64,000 nucleotides of DNA from a virus. A program made the translations under genes and the position numbers. Numbering within the stretch: position 1 is the stretch's first letter; every line of letters begins with the position of its first letter. The DNA is taken from the IMG/VR virus record IMGVR_UViG_3300025263_000044; one strand, written 5' to 3'. Shown here piece after piece: positions 18,694 to 28,991 of the stretch. A model generated the notes under the pieces. It had not been told where the DNA came from, made no database searches, and was given only the letters and a program-made list of their open reading frames with translations.

Positions 18694-19338
18694 TTAGAGG
18701 TACCCTGCGTGCTGCAGCGCCTGGATGAAGCGTGGCATGGCGAGTGCCGTGCCGTATATGTACACCCGCCCCTTGAATTCACGCAAGCCGTAGGAGCCAA
18801 CTTCAATGCCGCCAATCAGCAAGTCCCACTGTTGCTCACCGCTTTTTTCCCGGGTCACAGTCACGGCTGTTTGTGCGCCGGCATGCATGGCCACGGATTG
18901 GAACATCTGAGCTTGGGTCTCCGTCAACGCGGATACCAAATCCATCCAGTGCGGAGCCTGGCTCGCGGATACGGGCATGAATACTTCCACTTTCATGAAG
19001 CCGTGCTGATGCAGCTCATCGAGGTCGTCGTCGCGCAGACACGGTGTCCAGCCGACATAGCCTGGCACACCTTCAGGCAGTTGGCCAAGCTCCCATAGGT
19101 ACAAGAAGCTTTGCTCACCCGAGGCCACAAACGAGCCATGCAAAGTCGGAATGTCCCGGCAAGCCTCCGGGCGCGTGGCGTCTGAAAACTCTTTCGGAAC
19201 CATCCACGGCAAATCCACGAACTCGAAGTCTTTAGACTGCCACCAGCGCAAGGCCAGGTGCAGCAACAACAGGCCGTTAGAAGGGAATGGGCCAGTGACG
19301 GCCTGCGCGCGGCACTCAGCGCGAGGTACGTTGTCCAT
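18694..19338 (-). CDS. Minimal class II aminoacyl-tRNA-synthetase-like catalytic domain
   Basis: Motif 2-like TPCLRDD..H...FMKVE; GIEVGSYG; motif 3-like YGTALAMPRF; no anticodon-binding domain. Confidence 0.6.
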   Translation of the reverse strand: MDNVPRAECRAQAVTGPFPSNGLLLLHLALRWWQSKDFEFVDLPWMVPKEFSDATRPEACRDIPTLHGSFVASGEQSFLYLWELGQLPEGVPGYVGWTPCLRDDDLDELHQHGFMKVEVFMPVSASQAPHWMDLVSALTETQAQMFQSVAMHAGAQTAVTVTREKSGEQQWDLLIGGIEVGSYGLREFKGRVYIYGTALAMPRFIQALQHAGYL

Positions 19339-19618
19339 TGTCGAATGCTCTCTTGGTGATTGCCGAAAAGGTCAGCAGGTCCTGAATCGTAGTCCCGGGC
19401 AAGTGGCGGTCCATGAAGGCCTGCACGGCTCCCATCATGTCCGACAGCTCAACTGCGGCCATGACACGGGACCCTTGTGCCATCGCATCTTCGAGCTCGC
19501 TCAGCTCTTCGCGGATTTTCGATAGTTCCCCCAGTTCGCCTCGAGGGATAGCAACCAGGTGGTAGCCGGGCTTTTCAAGGGAAGCGCCTGCGGGCTTAGA
19601 TTCGTGTGGCTTTGTCAT
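19316..19618 (-). CDS. MazG/HisE-like NTP pyrophosphohydrolase
   Basis: SKIREELSELEDA...VELSDMMGA fits the ExxE...ExxD motif. Confidence 0.7.
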   Translation of the reverse strand: MTKPHESKPAGASLEKPGYHLVAIPRGELGELSKIREELSELEDAMAQGSRVMAAVELSDMMGAVQAFMDRHLPGTTIQDLLTFSAITKRAFDNGQRTSR

Positions 19619-19633
19619 GATGCGGTCCGGTTT

Positions 19634-20149
19634 TTAATCTTTGCGTTTGGCGACGTGCTCGGCCGAGTCACGGACCAGCCGCTCGATGTTGCGACGACGT
19701 GCGAGGTCAAGGCGGGCTTCTTCGTCTCGGCGACGCTCGCGAAGAACATATCCGGCGATGGCCGCAGCTTCTGCGCGGGTCAGGTAGCGACGCTGTGCGC
19801 GTACTTCAGCGACGTACAAGGCGACTACCGGGTATCCCAGGGCAGCGTCAACCAGGTCGTTTTGGCTTTCCGTGGCCGGCTCCAGAGCGTCCAGCTCAAT
19901 GGAGCACAGCTGCAAGACGTTGAGCACGCCTACCAGCGCCAGCGCCATCGCGATTTCAAAGCCCACAACTGGCCAAGCTGCATGGGTCGACATGGGCACA
20001 TCCTTGAAAAACCAGGTGCCCGCGGCTAACACCAGCAGTAGGGTGAATGTCGTCATCAGACACTGACGTCGGCGCCCGTCAAGCCACTGGCGTTCATCCA
20101 CCACCTGGTGTGCGGTAGGCGGCGCTGCGTTCAGGTCAAAATTCATCAT
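19634..20149 (-). CDS. Two-TM membrane protein
   Basis: Two hydrophobic helices; GCTATAC at 20193. Confidence 0.7.
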   Translation of the reverse strand: MMNFDLNAAPPTAHQVVDERQWLDGRRRQCLMTTFTLLLVLAAGTWFFKDVPMSTHAAWPVVGFEIAMALALVGVLNVLQLCSIELDALEPATESQNDLVDAALGYPVVALYVAEVRAQRRYLTRAEAAAIAGYVLRERRRDEEARLDLARRRNIERLVRDSAEHVAKRKD

Positions 20150-20226
20150 TGGAGTGTTCTCGTGTTTTTAAGGGTGCGGCCGGTCGAACTGGGTATAGCC
20201 AAAATATGCTGTCGTATGCCCAGCTC

Positions 20227-20778
20227 TTAGGCGTCTATGTGCTTGGGTGGTGCGGGTTCTTTGAATATTTTCTCAAAGAGCTCTGGGGTGAATATCTCGC
20301 GCTGGAACAGCCATTCTTTGGCTTGCTGCCGCGAGAGCGCATAGCCCTCGTGGAACCCGCGACACTTTGCAGCCAGGCATGGCGAATCGAAAAAGTGCAG
20401 TTCGTTATCGACTGAAGCATCAAGCTTCAAGGCGGAGAAGTAAGTGAAACTGAAATATCGCCCATTTTTTGTCAGGGCCAACCCTTCTACGTAGACTGTG
20501 GACGACCAAAAGATGCCACCAGTAAGCTGTGGTTTGGAAGTCGCCAGGATGTTCGAGGTCTTACCCTGGTAAATCAAAGTTGGAGTCAGTCCGTCATTCC
20601 ATTGAGATGCTTTTTCAAACTGGAAGGATTGAAACTCCTTCTCGATATTCGCGGTCATCGCCGCAGCTACTTCTCCTTTCAGCTCAGCTTGGGATTTGCC
20701 GCAGCCAGTGAGAAGCACGGCCAAGGCGCCACCCAAGGACAGCAGCCGCATAAAGCTCATGAAACGATTCATCATCAT
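20227..20778 (-). CDS. Putative lipoprotein
   Basis: Lipobox LLTGC. Confidence 0.7.
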   Translation of the reverse strand: MMMNRFMSFMRLLSLGGALAVLLTGCGKSQAELKGEVAAAMTANIEKEFQSFQFEKASQWNDGLTPTLIYQGKTSNILATSKPQLTGGIFWSSTVYVEGLALTKNGRYFSFTYFSALKLDASVDNELHFFDSPCLAAKCRGFHEGYALSRQQAKEWLFQREIFTPELFEKIFKEPAPPKHIDA

Positions 20779-21284
20779 TATTCCTCGGTAAGCTGGCTCT
20801 CCGCATACGGCTGCGGGGTCAGTGTTTTTGGTAAATACAGTGGGTGGCCCGGGTGCTTCAGTTTGGTCAGGCGCAGATAGTGCAACCTCGGTAGCATCGC
20901 TTTAACCACTTCATCTCGGCCCAGGTGTGTGCCATGCACGCCCCACGCCGCCACTACCACCGCGGCGCCATCGGCTAACTGGCGCAGCTTGCTGTCGTTT
21001 TCAGGTCCAACCGGGTCCTCGGCTGAGAGCATGTCTGCTGGCTGAGTCGCCCGGAATGCAAACAGGTTGACCATGCACAGTCCGCTGTAGCCCCAATCCT
21101 TGGCGTATGCGATGCAACGGCGGATAGTCGGGTCATCGTTGGATTCATCTGCGGTGCTTGGATTGAGACCGACAAACATCACGTAGCCCTTGTCCTGGCT
21201 GCCGGGCGCCACAGTCCAGTGGCGCCACAGTGCGTAGCGGTATTGTCGGCAGGGCGAGAATTCAGCTGAACTTTTCATCGTCAT
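20778..21284 (-). CDS. DUF1643 family protein
   Basis: FSPCRQYRYALWR, FVGLNPSTAD, DDPTIRRC, NLFAFRATQP, VAAWG, HPGHPLY. Confidence 0.85.
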   Translation of the reverse strand: MTMKSSAEFSPCRQYRYALWRHWTVAPGSQDKGYVMFVGLNPSTADESNDDPTIRRCIAYAKDWGYSGLCMVNLFAFRATQPADMLSAEDPVGPENDSKLRQLADGAAVVVAAWGVHGTHLGRDEVVKAMLPRLHYLRLTKLKHPGHPLYLPKTLTPQPYAESQLTEE

Positions 21285-22381
21285 GCGGCAGCGAGTGCCC
21301 CGTAGTTCAGCACGTCATCGGAGTACCGACGGCGTACGAAGTGCACGGTAACTTCCGGCTCGTGCGTCCGGAAAACGAAAGTACCATGGTCGATGTTTAC
21401 GGCCTGCAGGTTATTCGCATCCAGGAGATAAGTCTTGCATTCGGTCAGACCGCCTTCTGGTTCTTCGCCGGTGCTGAACGAGTAGAACGACAGTTCTTCA
21501 CCCACCATCCCAAGCGGACTGCCGTCGACCGTGTCATGGCTCTGGCCGGAACACAGCAGTGGCTTGCCAGCGCGGTAGGCCTTTACTTCATATACGCCGC
21601 TATGCTCATGGTGCGGCCGCATATTGAGCATCTTCATGGCATCCTGGGCGGATTCCTTGTAGCGATTCATCTCTTCGACCAAGGCTTGAAGCATGTCGAA
21701 CGAGAAATCGTGGAAGAATGCGGAGACGGCGACCACGCCCGCCGAATCAGTTTTGTGTTCCAGCTTGTCTTCGCAGTACTCTTTGATGAACTCCTGCGAC
21801 AGGCCCGTGAAGTCCAGCGAGTAGTACAGACGGCCCGGGCGGTTAACCAGGTTGGTGTCGATGAGGTTGCGATTATTGCAAGTGAGCAGGAACAGCTTGT
21901 GCGAGCTGAATACGCCATCAAACAGCGTCAGCAGTTGGGCCTGCTCGTTGCGGTCGTAGACTTTCTCGAATTCGTCAAACAGAACAACTACAGCCTGGTC
22001 GATGCCGCCAATGAATGCGTTGAACTCATCACCGCGGAAATTTTCATTGACCACCAGGGTAGGGACTTGGTGCCGCTGCAGCGCCAACTGCGAGATGCGC
22101 TTTGTCAGCATGGTCTTGCCGGACCCCTTTTGTCCAGAAAGCAATACTCCGGTGCTGCCGGCGCGCGACCGGGCGGTATTCAGGATACGGTCCGCCTGGC
22201 GATTCACCTCTCCATACAATTTTGGCGGCAATTCGAAGTCCGCGATGAGGTCCACGTAATAGCCATGCACTTCGTTATGGCGAACCAGGTAAGTACCTGG
22301 CGGCAGGCTCTTTTCGATGGTCAGTTCGGCACTCGATGTAGGCCAGAAAGACTTACCCTCGCGGCGGTAGATACGCTTCAT
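21281..22381 (-). CDS. AAA+ ATPase (phage/plasmid type)
   Basis: Walker A GQKGSGKT, Walker B VVLFDEFEK, NRPGR. Confidence 0.85.
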   Translation of the reverse strand: MKRIYRREGKSFWPTSSAELTIEKSLPPGTYLVRHNEVHGYYVDLIADFELPPKLYGEVNRQADRILNTARSRAGSTGVLLSGQKGSGKTMLTKRISQLALQRHQVPTLVVNENFRGDEFNAFIGGIDQAVVVLFDEFEKVYDRNEQAQLLTLFDGVFSSHKLFLLTCNNRNLIDTNLVNRPGRLYYSLDFTGLSQEFIKEYCEDKLEHKTDSAGVVAVSAFFHDFSFDMLQALVEEMNRYKESAQDAMKMLNMRPHHEHSGVYEVKAYRAGKPLLCSGQSHDTVDGSPLGMVGEELSFYSFSTGEEPEGGLTECKTYLLDANNLQAVNIDHGTFVFRTHEPEVTVHFVRRRYSDDVLNYGALAAA

Positions 22382-22581
22382 CGCGTCCTCATTGTTGGTT
22401 CATGGAATAGATGGTACTATACTGTATAAACGCACTTCTGACAAGTCTTGCTTGTAAAAATTGACAAACTTTAGTTGTCATTTTCTGCATTTGCAGGTAT
22501 TTGTCAGTCTTCCATCAACCTCCTCGCCTCTATACTGATATGCAGCGAAATTGCTGTTTTCACTTAGAGGACATACTTAAC

Positions 22582-24927
22582 ATGATTACCAATATCCAAA
22601 ATCCATCGCTGGGCAAGCAAATGCTTTCCCAATCCAAGTTCTTCATGGGCTATTCCCGCTGGGTCGAAGGCGTTCAAGCCTACGAAACCTGGGCAGAATC
22701 CGTGTCGCGTGTGATGACCATGCACCGCAAGAAGTACACCGCCAAGATGTCGGCGAAGCTGGAAGCCTACATTGCAAAGGCACAAAAAGCGTACGAGGCC
22801 CAAAAGGTCCTGGGCGCCCAACGTGCACTGCAATTCGGCGGTGAGCAGCTCCTGAAACATGAAGCGAAGATGTACAACTGCTCCGTGTCGCATGCAGACC
22901 GTCCGGCCTTCTTCCAGGAGACCGAATACCTGCTGCTGTGCGGCTGCGGCGTGGGCTTCTCGGTTCAGTGGCGTCACGTGAAGAAGCTGCCACGCATCAT
23001 GGCGCGTTCGTCGGCTGACGTGAAGGTTTTCCAGATTCCCGATAGCATCGAGGGTTGGGCACAAGCGTTCGGCGTTCTGCTGTCGTCCTATTTCGAGGAT
23101 GGCGGCACGTTCCCTGAATACAAAGGCTACCGCGTGCTGTTCGACTATTCGCTGATTCGCGAAAAGGGCGCTCCGATTTCGGGTGGCTTCAAAGCCCCTG
23201 GTCCGGACGGCCTGCGTGCGGCGTTGGTGAAGTGCGAAGCTCTGCTGGAGCGTGCACTGCAGAATGCGGCTTACGCGCGAGCGGGCGAAATCGCGGTTGC
23301 GAACATCGCTGGCCTGCCAGAGCTGAAAATCGACCTGCCGAAGTTCGCCTCGGGTGAGACTCACTCGTACGACGATGCTGTTGGTGCGAAGCTGAAGCCT
23401 ATCGAAGTCTACGACTTCGTGATGCACATGTCCGATGCCGTTCTGTCGGGTGGTGTCCGTCGTTCCGCGACCATCTGCCTGTTCGACAAGTTCGACCTGG
23501 AAATGATGAAAGCCAAGACCGGTAACTGGCAGGTTGAAAACCCACAACGCGGCCGCAGCAACAACTCTGTTGTGCTGAAGAAGGATGAAATCAGCCGTGA
23601 AGAATGGGCTGAAATCATGCGCTCGGTTAAGGAGTTCGGTGAGCCTGGCTTCATCTTCGTCGACGACTTCGACTTTGCGTACAACCCGTGCGTTGAAATC
23701 GGCATGTTGCCAAAGTGCTTTGATACCGGCGAGTCTGGTTTCCAGTTCTGCAACCTGACCGAAATTAACGGCGGCCTGTGCGTGGATGAAGAAAGCTTCT
23801 ACGAAGCGTGCGAAGCCGGCGCCATCCTGGGCACCTTGCAAGCTGGTTACACCAACTTCAAGTTCCTGGGCGATGCGACCCGTCGCATTACCGAGCGTGA
23901 AGCGCTGATTGGCGTATCGATTACGGGCTGGATGAACAATCCGGACATCCTGTTCGACGAACGTATCCTCAAAAAGGGTGCCGAAATCGTCAAGGAGACC
24001 AACCGTATCATCGCTAAGCTGATTGGCATCCGTCCTGCGGCTCGTACCACCTGCGCCAAACCTTCGGGCAACGCGTCGGTGCTGCTGGGCACTGCATCTG
24101 GTATCCACGGCGAGCACTCCGAGATGTACTTCCGCAATGTGCAGATGAACATCGACGATGCGGTTGCGCAGCTGATTCAGAAAATCAACCCGAAAATGGT
24201 TGAGAAGAGCGTCTGGAGCAGCAACGGTACCGACATCGTGGTCAGCTTCCCGGTTATCTCGAAAGAGACTTCCGTGTACAAGGCCGACCTGATGGGCGTC
24301 AAGCAGCTGGAGTTCGTTAAGAAGGCTCAGCAACACTGGGTCGAGAACGGCACCAACGTTGACCTGTGCGTGCACCCGGCCCTGCGTCACAACATCTCGA
24401 ACACCATTTCGGTGGACGACTGGGATGCGGTGGAAGAGTACATCTTCAACAACCGTCAGCACTTCGCGGGCATCTCTCTGATGGCTGCGGCCGGTGACAA
24501 GGCTTACGCCCAGGCACCGTTCACTGAAGTCAATACGGCAGAAGAGATTCTGAAGAAGTACGGCGAGGCCAGCATGTTCGCTTCCGGTCTGATTGTTGAC
24601 GGCTTGCACGCCTTCAATGACAACCTGTGGCTGGCATGTGACACCTCGATGGGCAACGGCGAAACGCTGACCGATGACTCGCGTGATGTTCTCAAGCGTG
24701 ACTGGGTCCGTCGTTTCGGCAAGTTCTCCGACAACTTCTTCGGTGGCGACGAGCTGAAGGCTTCCTTCTGCCTGAAGGACTGCTACAACCTGCACAAGTG
24801 GGTCAGCATCCAACAGACGATGAAAGCCATCGATTTTGCTGAGGCACTGGCAAAACGTGCTGATGTGGACGCCGATACGCTGGGTTCCCAGGGCTGCTCT
24901 GGTAACGCATGTGAAATCGTCTTCTAA
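22582..24927 (+). CDS. nrdJ: Ribonucleotide reductase large subunit, class II (NrdJ/RTPR-like)
   Basis: GGVRRSATI, NPCVEI active site, FCNLTEIN, TTCAKPSGNAS, C-terminal GCSGNAC; no nrdB adjacent. Confidence 0.85.
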   Translation: MITNIQNPSLGKQMLSQSKFFMGYSRWVEGVQAYETWAESVSRVMTMHRKKYTAKMSAKLEAYIAKAQKAYEAQKVLGAQRALQFGGEQLLKHEAKMYNCSVSHADRPAFFQETEYLLLCGCGVGFSVQWRHVKKLPRIMARSSADVKVFQIPDSIEGWAQAFGVLLSSYFEDGGTFPEYKGYRVLFDYSLIREKGAPISGGFKAPGPDGLRAALVKCEALLERALQNAAYARAGEIAVANIAGLPELKIDLPKFASGETHSYDDAVGAKLKPIEVYDFVMHMSDAVLSGGVRRSATICLFDKFDLEMMKAKTGNWQVENPQRGRSNNSVVLKKDEISREEWAEIMRSVKEFGEPGFIFVDDFDFAYNPCVEIGMLPKCFDTGESGFQFCNLTEINGGLCVDEESFYEACEAGAILGTLQAGYTNFKFLGDATRRITEREALIGVSITGWMNNPDILFDERILKKGAEIVKETNRIIAKLIGIRPAARTTCAKPSGNASVLLGTASGIHGEHSEMYFRNVQMNIDDAVAQLIQKINPKMVEKSVWSSNGTDIVVSFPVISKETSVYKADLMGVKQLEFVKKAQQHWVENGTNVDLCVHPALRHNISNTISVDDWDAVEEYIFNNRQHFAGISLMAAAGDKAYAQAPFTEVNTAEEILKKYGEASMFASGLIVDGLHAFNDNLWLACDTSMGNGETLTDDSRDVLKRDWVRRFGKFSDNFFGGDELKASFCLKDCYNLHKWVSIQQTMKAIDFAEALAKRADVDADTLGSQGCSGNACEIVF

Positions 24928-24977
24928 ATCGCGCTAGGCCGGCGTAAGTTGGCCTAACCTAACCGCAACATCTCCCT

Positions 24978-25010
24978 AACCCTCCTTGCTTCGGCTTGGA
25001 GGGTTTCTTT
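24978..25010. terminator. Rho-independent terminator
   Basis: AACCCTCC...TTCG...GGAGGGTT followed by Ts. Confidence 0.75.
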
Positions 25011-25078
25011 ATAGCTGCTGCAGATTGAAAAATCCCCGGAGACGTGACGGTCGACCGGGGGAGGAAGTTGGAGAAGAT

Positions 25079-25417
25079 TTACTGCCGCTCACGAGCAGCA
25101 CGCCGCTCGGCTCGATGCACAACCAGCCATTCAATCGAGGTGTCGGGATGCCCGAGCCGTCCAAGCACGCGTCGGTGAGCATTCATCGCACCGGCCTGGC
25201 GGTAGGTGATAGCGATTGCGCCGGCGGCCAGCGCCAGCGCTTTTTTGGACAGGCAAATGTCATAGTGGCTATCGTGCCGCGGCGGCGCCTGGTGCCATTT
25301 GCGCTGCACCCCAATCTTTGCCGCCATCGCATGCAGCTCTTCGTCCGAATCGGCAAGCATGTGGCACATCCTCATATTGCGAAACGGAGCTTCCATGTCG
25401 TCAACGTAGACCGCCAT
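25079..25417 (-). CDS. DUF4031 family protein
   Basis: MAVYVDDM...MCHMLADSDEELHAMAAKIG...HYDI. Confidence 0.8.
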   Translation of the reverse strand: MAVYVDDMEAPFRNMRMCHMLADSDEELHAMAAKIGVQRKWHQAPPRHDSHYDICLSKKALALAAGAIAITYRQAGAMNAHRRVLGRLGHPDTSIEWLVVHRAERRAARERQ

Positions 25418-25419
25418 AC

Positions 25420-26232
25420 TTAGCCCCTTGCGTAGTGTCCGAACGGACCAGAACCTTCGGCCAGGAACAGGTCTACCATCGGCAAGACCACTGGCTTGGA
25501 AGCCGCAATGAGGCCCGTTTGGCATGCCATATTAGCCATCGTCAGCCGGCCGCGCTTTTCCTGACCCAGCACACCAAACACGGCGCCGGTATCGACGAAG
25601 TAGCAGTTGCCTAATTGGCGTGCACCGTCAAACTGGGGAGTGTGGCCGCAGAAAATGCGCCCGACACCTGGTACGCCTGAGCGGTCACCCTTGGTAGCCC
25701 GTACGCGGCCCCAGAGCGCGCTTTGAATTGTATGCTGGTGACCTGATTCAACCTTTGCAGTGAACGTCGGCCAGTCCATACCCTGCGGGACTTCTGCATG
25801 GATAATCCCGACTGTGCCGCGGGCGGTTTCAACTTCCATGGCGATGGGGAGTCGCGCGAAGGCCTGCAACAAGGCGCGCCGGCGCTCCTCTGGGGTTTCG
25901 AGCCACCAGCTCATGCCATTGCGTTCAGCGTGCCAGAGCAGTGCCGCTTCATCGAGCGTGCCGGAGGCATACAAGTCCAGCACCATCTGTTCGTGGTTGC
26001 CGCGAACGCAGTAGACCCAAGGCTCGTTCAGAAGCTCCAGCGCCAGCTGCGAATAAGGGCCACGGTCAACCAGGTCACCCACGAGGAAAAGACGGTCGAC
26101 CGTCGGGTCGAAGTTCACCGCGTCCAGCGCCGCCTTCAGCAGGTGGAAAGTTGCATGCGGGTCGCCTACGACAAAGTCGCGGCCGCGCCCACGGCCAACA
26201 CGCCGGAATAGCGGGATAAGCATAACGGTCAT
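25420..26232 (-). CDS. Metallophosphoesterase, PPP Ser/Thr phosphatase (lambda NinI/PphA-like)
   Basis: GDPH, GDLVDRGP, RGNHE, CGHT, DTG motifs. Confidence 0.9.
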   Translation of the reverse strand: MTVMLIPLFRRVGRGRGRDFVVGDPHATFHLLKAALDAVNFDPTVDRLFLVGDLVDRGPYSQLALELLNEPWVYCVRGNHEQMVLDLYASGTLDEAALLWHAERNGMSWWLETPEERRRALLQAFARLPIAMEVETARGTVGIIHAEVPQGMDWPTFTAKVESGHQHTIQSALWGRVRATKGDRSGVPGVGRIFCGHTPQFDGARQLGNCYFVDTGAVFGVLGQEKRGRLTMANMACQTGLIAASKPVVLPMVDLFLAEGSGPFGHYARG

Positions 26233-26239
26233 AGCTGAT

Positions 26240-26458
26240 TTACTTCAGTGGGTGAGAAAAAGGTGCAGCTTTTACAACCAAATACCACCAGCAAATGCAA
26301 AGAATGACACCGATGGCCACCATGAATGCCTTGCTACCCCAGCTGTTGGGGATGCCGCCGAAGGTGTACCTGCGCATAGTGTTGAGCATGTTCAGGCCCC
26401 AGATAGCCGTCACGAACGTGAAGAAGATGGCTACGACGAGCCAACCGATAATCGCCAT
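26240..26458 (-). CDS. Small two-TM membrane protein
   Basis: Two hydrophobic helices. Confidence 0.65.
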   Translation of the reverse strand: MAIIGWLVVAIFFTFVTAIWGLNMLNTMRRYTFGGIPNSWGSKAFMVAIGVILCICWWYLVVKAAPFSHPLK

Positions 26459-26820
26459 CAGTTTGCTCCGGCCAGGTCGACGAGCATGTTGTTTGCGTCC
26501 TCAAGCTTTGCCCAGAAGCGTACCTGGCGCTTGACGGGGGTCTTGCGCCAGGTAGTAGCTTTGGCGCTCGCGCCGACGATACGAAAACTGATGCTATCGA
26601 AGCTTCCTTGTCCTTGCCGGATGTAATAGCGGTCAATAATGAGCTCGGTCCCCGCCGGCAGCTCGGCCGGAATCGCCTCGGGTTGGTACGCTACTTTGCG
26701 GCTATCGCCCAGCATGGCCATGAGCGATTCGTTTCGACGCTCGTTATAAAGACTAAACTGCCATGGACGAGCAAGCACCAGGTGTGTGCCCAGTGGGGGC
26801 ACGAAAAGTGTGAAGGGCAT
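26458..26820 (-). CDS. Hypothetical protein
   Basis: Start MPFTLF behind AGGAG. Confidence 0.7.
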   Translation of the reverse strand: MPFTLFVPPLGTHLVLARPWQFSLYNERRNESLMAMLGDSRKVAYQPEAIPAELPAGTELIIDRYYIRQGQGSFDSISFRIVGASAKATTWRKTPVKRQVRFWAKLEDANNMLVDLAGAN

Positions 26821-26906
26821 GATAACTCCTAGAATACCTAGTAGTATATCATAAAACGTCAATTAACCCAAGGCATAACTGGAATACTAGCCACCAGGTA
26901 CGGGAC

Positions 26907-27170
26907 TTACGCGCGCGAACTAACTTGGGCGGAGGCCGGGTCAACTGGCTCAACCGAAACCAGTGTTTCGACTGCAATGAGATGCCGCTTGCCGTTGTCT
27001 TTTTCGACCTTAAGGAAGGGAATCTTTGGCAAGCCGACCGGGCCGATGCGCTTATGCCCTACAAACTTGCGAACCTTGCGCTCACCTGCGATAACCACGC
27101 CGTCATCAGGTTCGAAGCCTTTGGTAGTGAAGGCGTAGGCGACGCCAGGGGTCAAAGTGGACAGGTCCAT
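26907..27170 (-). CDS. Hypothetical protein
   Basis: 87-aa ORF. Confidence 0.65.
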   Translation of the reverse strand: MDLSTLTPGVAYAFTTKGFEPDDGVVIAGERKVRKFVGHKRIGPVGLPKIPFLKVEKDNGKRHLIAVETLVSVEPVDPASAQVSSRA

Positions 27171-27218
27171 GGGTTTGCTTTCAGTGAAGGAAAGCCCGGA
27201 CAGTGCCCGGGCTTGAGG

Positions 27219-27584
27219 TTAGTCGCCTAACCAGACGGCCGCTTCATCGGCCCATTCGGTCAGGTAGTTCAGCACCCAGTCGGCAAATGCTCCAGCCGGG
27301 GTTGCTTTGGTGGTCAGGTCTGTGACGGTCAGGTTCTCCAGGCGATGGACGATTTCTTCCAGGTCCTGGTCATGGTTGTCCTGCTGGTAGTCCAGCCAGT
27401 TCTTTGGCACGCCGCGGCGCAGTACTTCCGCGATTTCCTTGCTGGCGGCCAGCACCTGGTGTACATCTGGGGATTCGCCCAGTGCACGCAGGATAGGCTG
27501 GATATTTGCCTTAAACGGCCATGTCGATTTGTCGCCAACCGTTTCTGGATGGCAGGTGCATTCCGGGGTGATAGAGCATTGCAT
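27219..27584 (-). CDS. Hypothetical protein
   Basis: AAAGGA RBS; CCTATAC 36 nt upstream. Confidence 0.7.
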   Translation of the reverse strand: MQCSITPECTCHPETVGDKSTWPFKANIQPILRALGESPDVHQVLAASKEIAEVLRRGVPKNWLDYQQDNHDQDLEEIVHRLENLTVTDLTTKATPAGAFADWVLNYLTEWADEAAVWLGD

Positions 27585-27641
27585 GATATTTCCTTTACAA
27601 GAGTGGATAGCCTACTGTTGTATAGGAAAGGGGCGCTTCGG

Positions 27642-27998
27642 TTATCCCACCGTGCCAGGCGGGCCGTTATGTACGGCGATATTTGCCGCGCGCAGCTCGG
27701 CCATAGCTTCGTCAAAATCTGCGGTGCTGGCAATGATGCAGGACGCGTTGTCGGCCGGGGAATAAGCATAAAGCAGTGCATACCAGATGCCTCGGTCAAG
27801 CCCGGAAACCTGCCAGACATGTGGGAAGGTCTGAGCTGCTGCGATGACGGCTGCGCGGCGACCGCGACGAGCTTCGAACTCAATGACAGCCGGTGTCGGC
27901 TTCTTCTTCCCCTCGGTGTGCTTGGCCCACATGGCCCACAGCAGGCACCCTGCCAAGCCAATGAGGCCCACCAAAACCACTTTGTCTGCAAAGCTCAT
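27642..27998 (-). CDS. Membrane-anchored hypothetical protein
   Basis: N-terminal TM; GGAG RBS. Confidence 0.65.
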   Translation of the reverse strand: MSFADKVVLVGLIGLAGCLLWAMWAKHTEGKKKPTPAVIEFEARRGRRAAVIAAAQTFPHVWQVSGLDRGIWYALLYAYSPADNASCIIASTADFDEAMAELRAANIAVHNGPPGTVG

Positions 27999-28079
27999 GA
28001 TTGCTCCAATTTGTGCTGGTTCTTCGGTCAAGCCAAAGGCCGCGCGATGGCGGCCTTCGACCTTCACGAGATGCCCGGA

Positions 28080-28832
28080 TTATTTACCGGTCAGTCGACG
28101 CAGACGGTCTGCGGCCGACTCGGCTGCAGGGGCGGCGCCGCCGGCAGCGATGCGGCGAGCTTCTTCGACAGCGTTCGCACGGTCGATTGGCTTCTGACCG
28201 ATGTCGGCCACGATGGCGGCGGAATCGGCTTGCACGCGCAGCTGCTCGGCTTTCTTGTTCAGGGCGCCCAGTGCAGTGGAGGACGAGCCCAGGCCGGCTT
28301 TCAGTGAGCGCATTTCTTCCTGGCCCTGCAGGCGCAGCTGTTCGCGTTCGTGGTCGGCTTTAGCTTGCTCGATGGCGCGCAGCGCTTTCTTGGCGTTGGC
28401 GTCGAAGTCGGCCAGCTTCTTGTCGATGGTGTCCAGGATGCCTTGCAGCGTGTCGACCAGCTCCTTGGCGTCGGTCGCGTCCTGCAGTTCACCAGGCAGG
28501 CGGCCCTTCATGTCTTCCAGGTTGTTGGCGAATTCGGTCAGGGTCGCTTCGTCGATGGAGCCGGCTTCGAACTTCTGCAGCAGCACGGCAGCGGCTTTTT
28601 CGTCCTGGGCGATTTGTGCGGCCAGGTCCTCGGCTTCGCGTTTTTCGGCATCGTACTTACGGCGGGCCTCGGCCAGCTTAGTTGCGACTTCACGCAGCTT
28701 GGCAACCAGGTTGTCGCGGTCGACTTGGGTTGCGGTTTCTGGGTCGAAGGCGGCCAGCGACTGAGCGACGCTATCGCCCAGGGCGCCGATTTGGTTCAGA
28801 AACAGTTTGGCGGCAAGCTTCCATCCGGACAT
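28080..28832 (-). CDS. PspA/IM30-like coiled-coil protein
   Basis: About 250 aa, amphipathic N-terminus, long Ala/Glu/Lys coiled coils, C-terminal AADRLRRL. Confidence 0.55.
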   Translation of the reverse strand: MSGWKLAAKLFLNQIGALGDSVAQSLAAFDPETATQVDRDNLVAKLREVATKLAEARRKYDAEKREAEDLAAQIAQDEKAAAVLLQKFEAGSIDEATLTEFANNLEDMKGRLPGELQDATDAKELVDTLQGILDTIDKKLADFDANAKKALRAIEQAKADHEREQLRLQGQEEMRSLKAGLGSSSTALGALNKKAEQLRVQADSAAIVADIGQKPIDRANAVEEARRIAAGGAAPAAESAADRLRRLTGK

Positions 28833-28991
28833 GTGCATTCCTTTTTGTAGGGTTGATACAGAGGGTACAGCGCAGACTTTGCGATGTATTGAGTGACAGT
28901 ATATCACGGAATGCGCAAATATGAAAACTAATTCATGGTATAATTGGTCAAGCTCGGAAGTGGTCCGCAGCGCCAGGCCTTGGAGTTTTTC

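Noticed and set aside
18694-19338. Functional aminoacyl-tRNA synthetase
   Set aside because: At 214 aa it has no anticodon-binding domain
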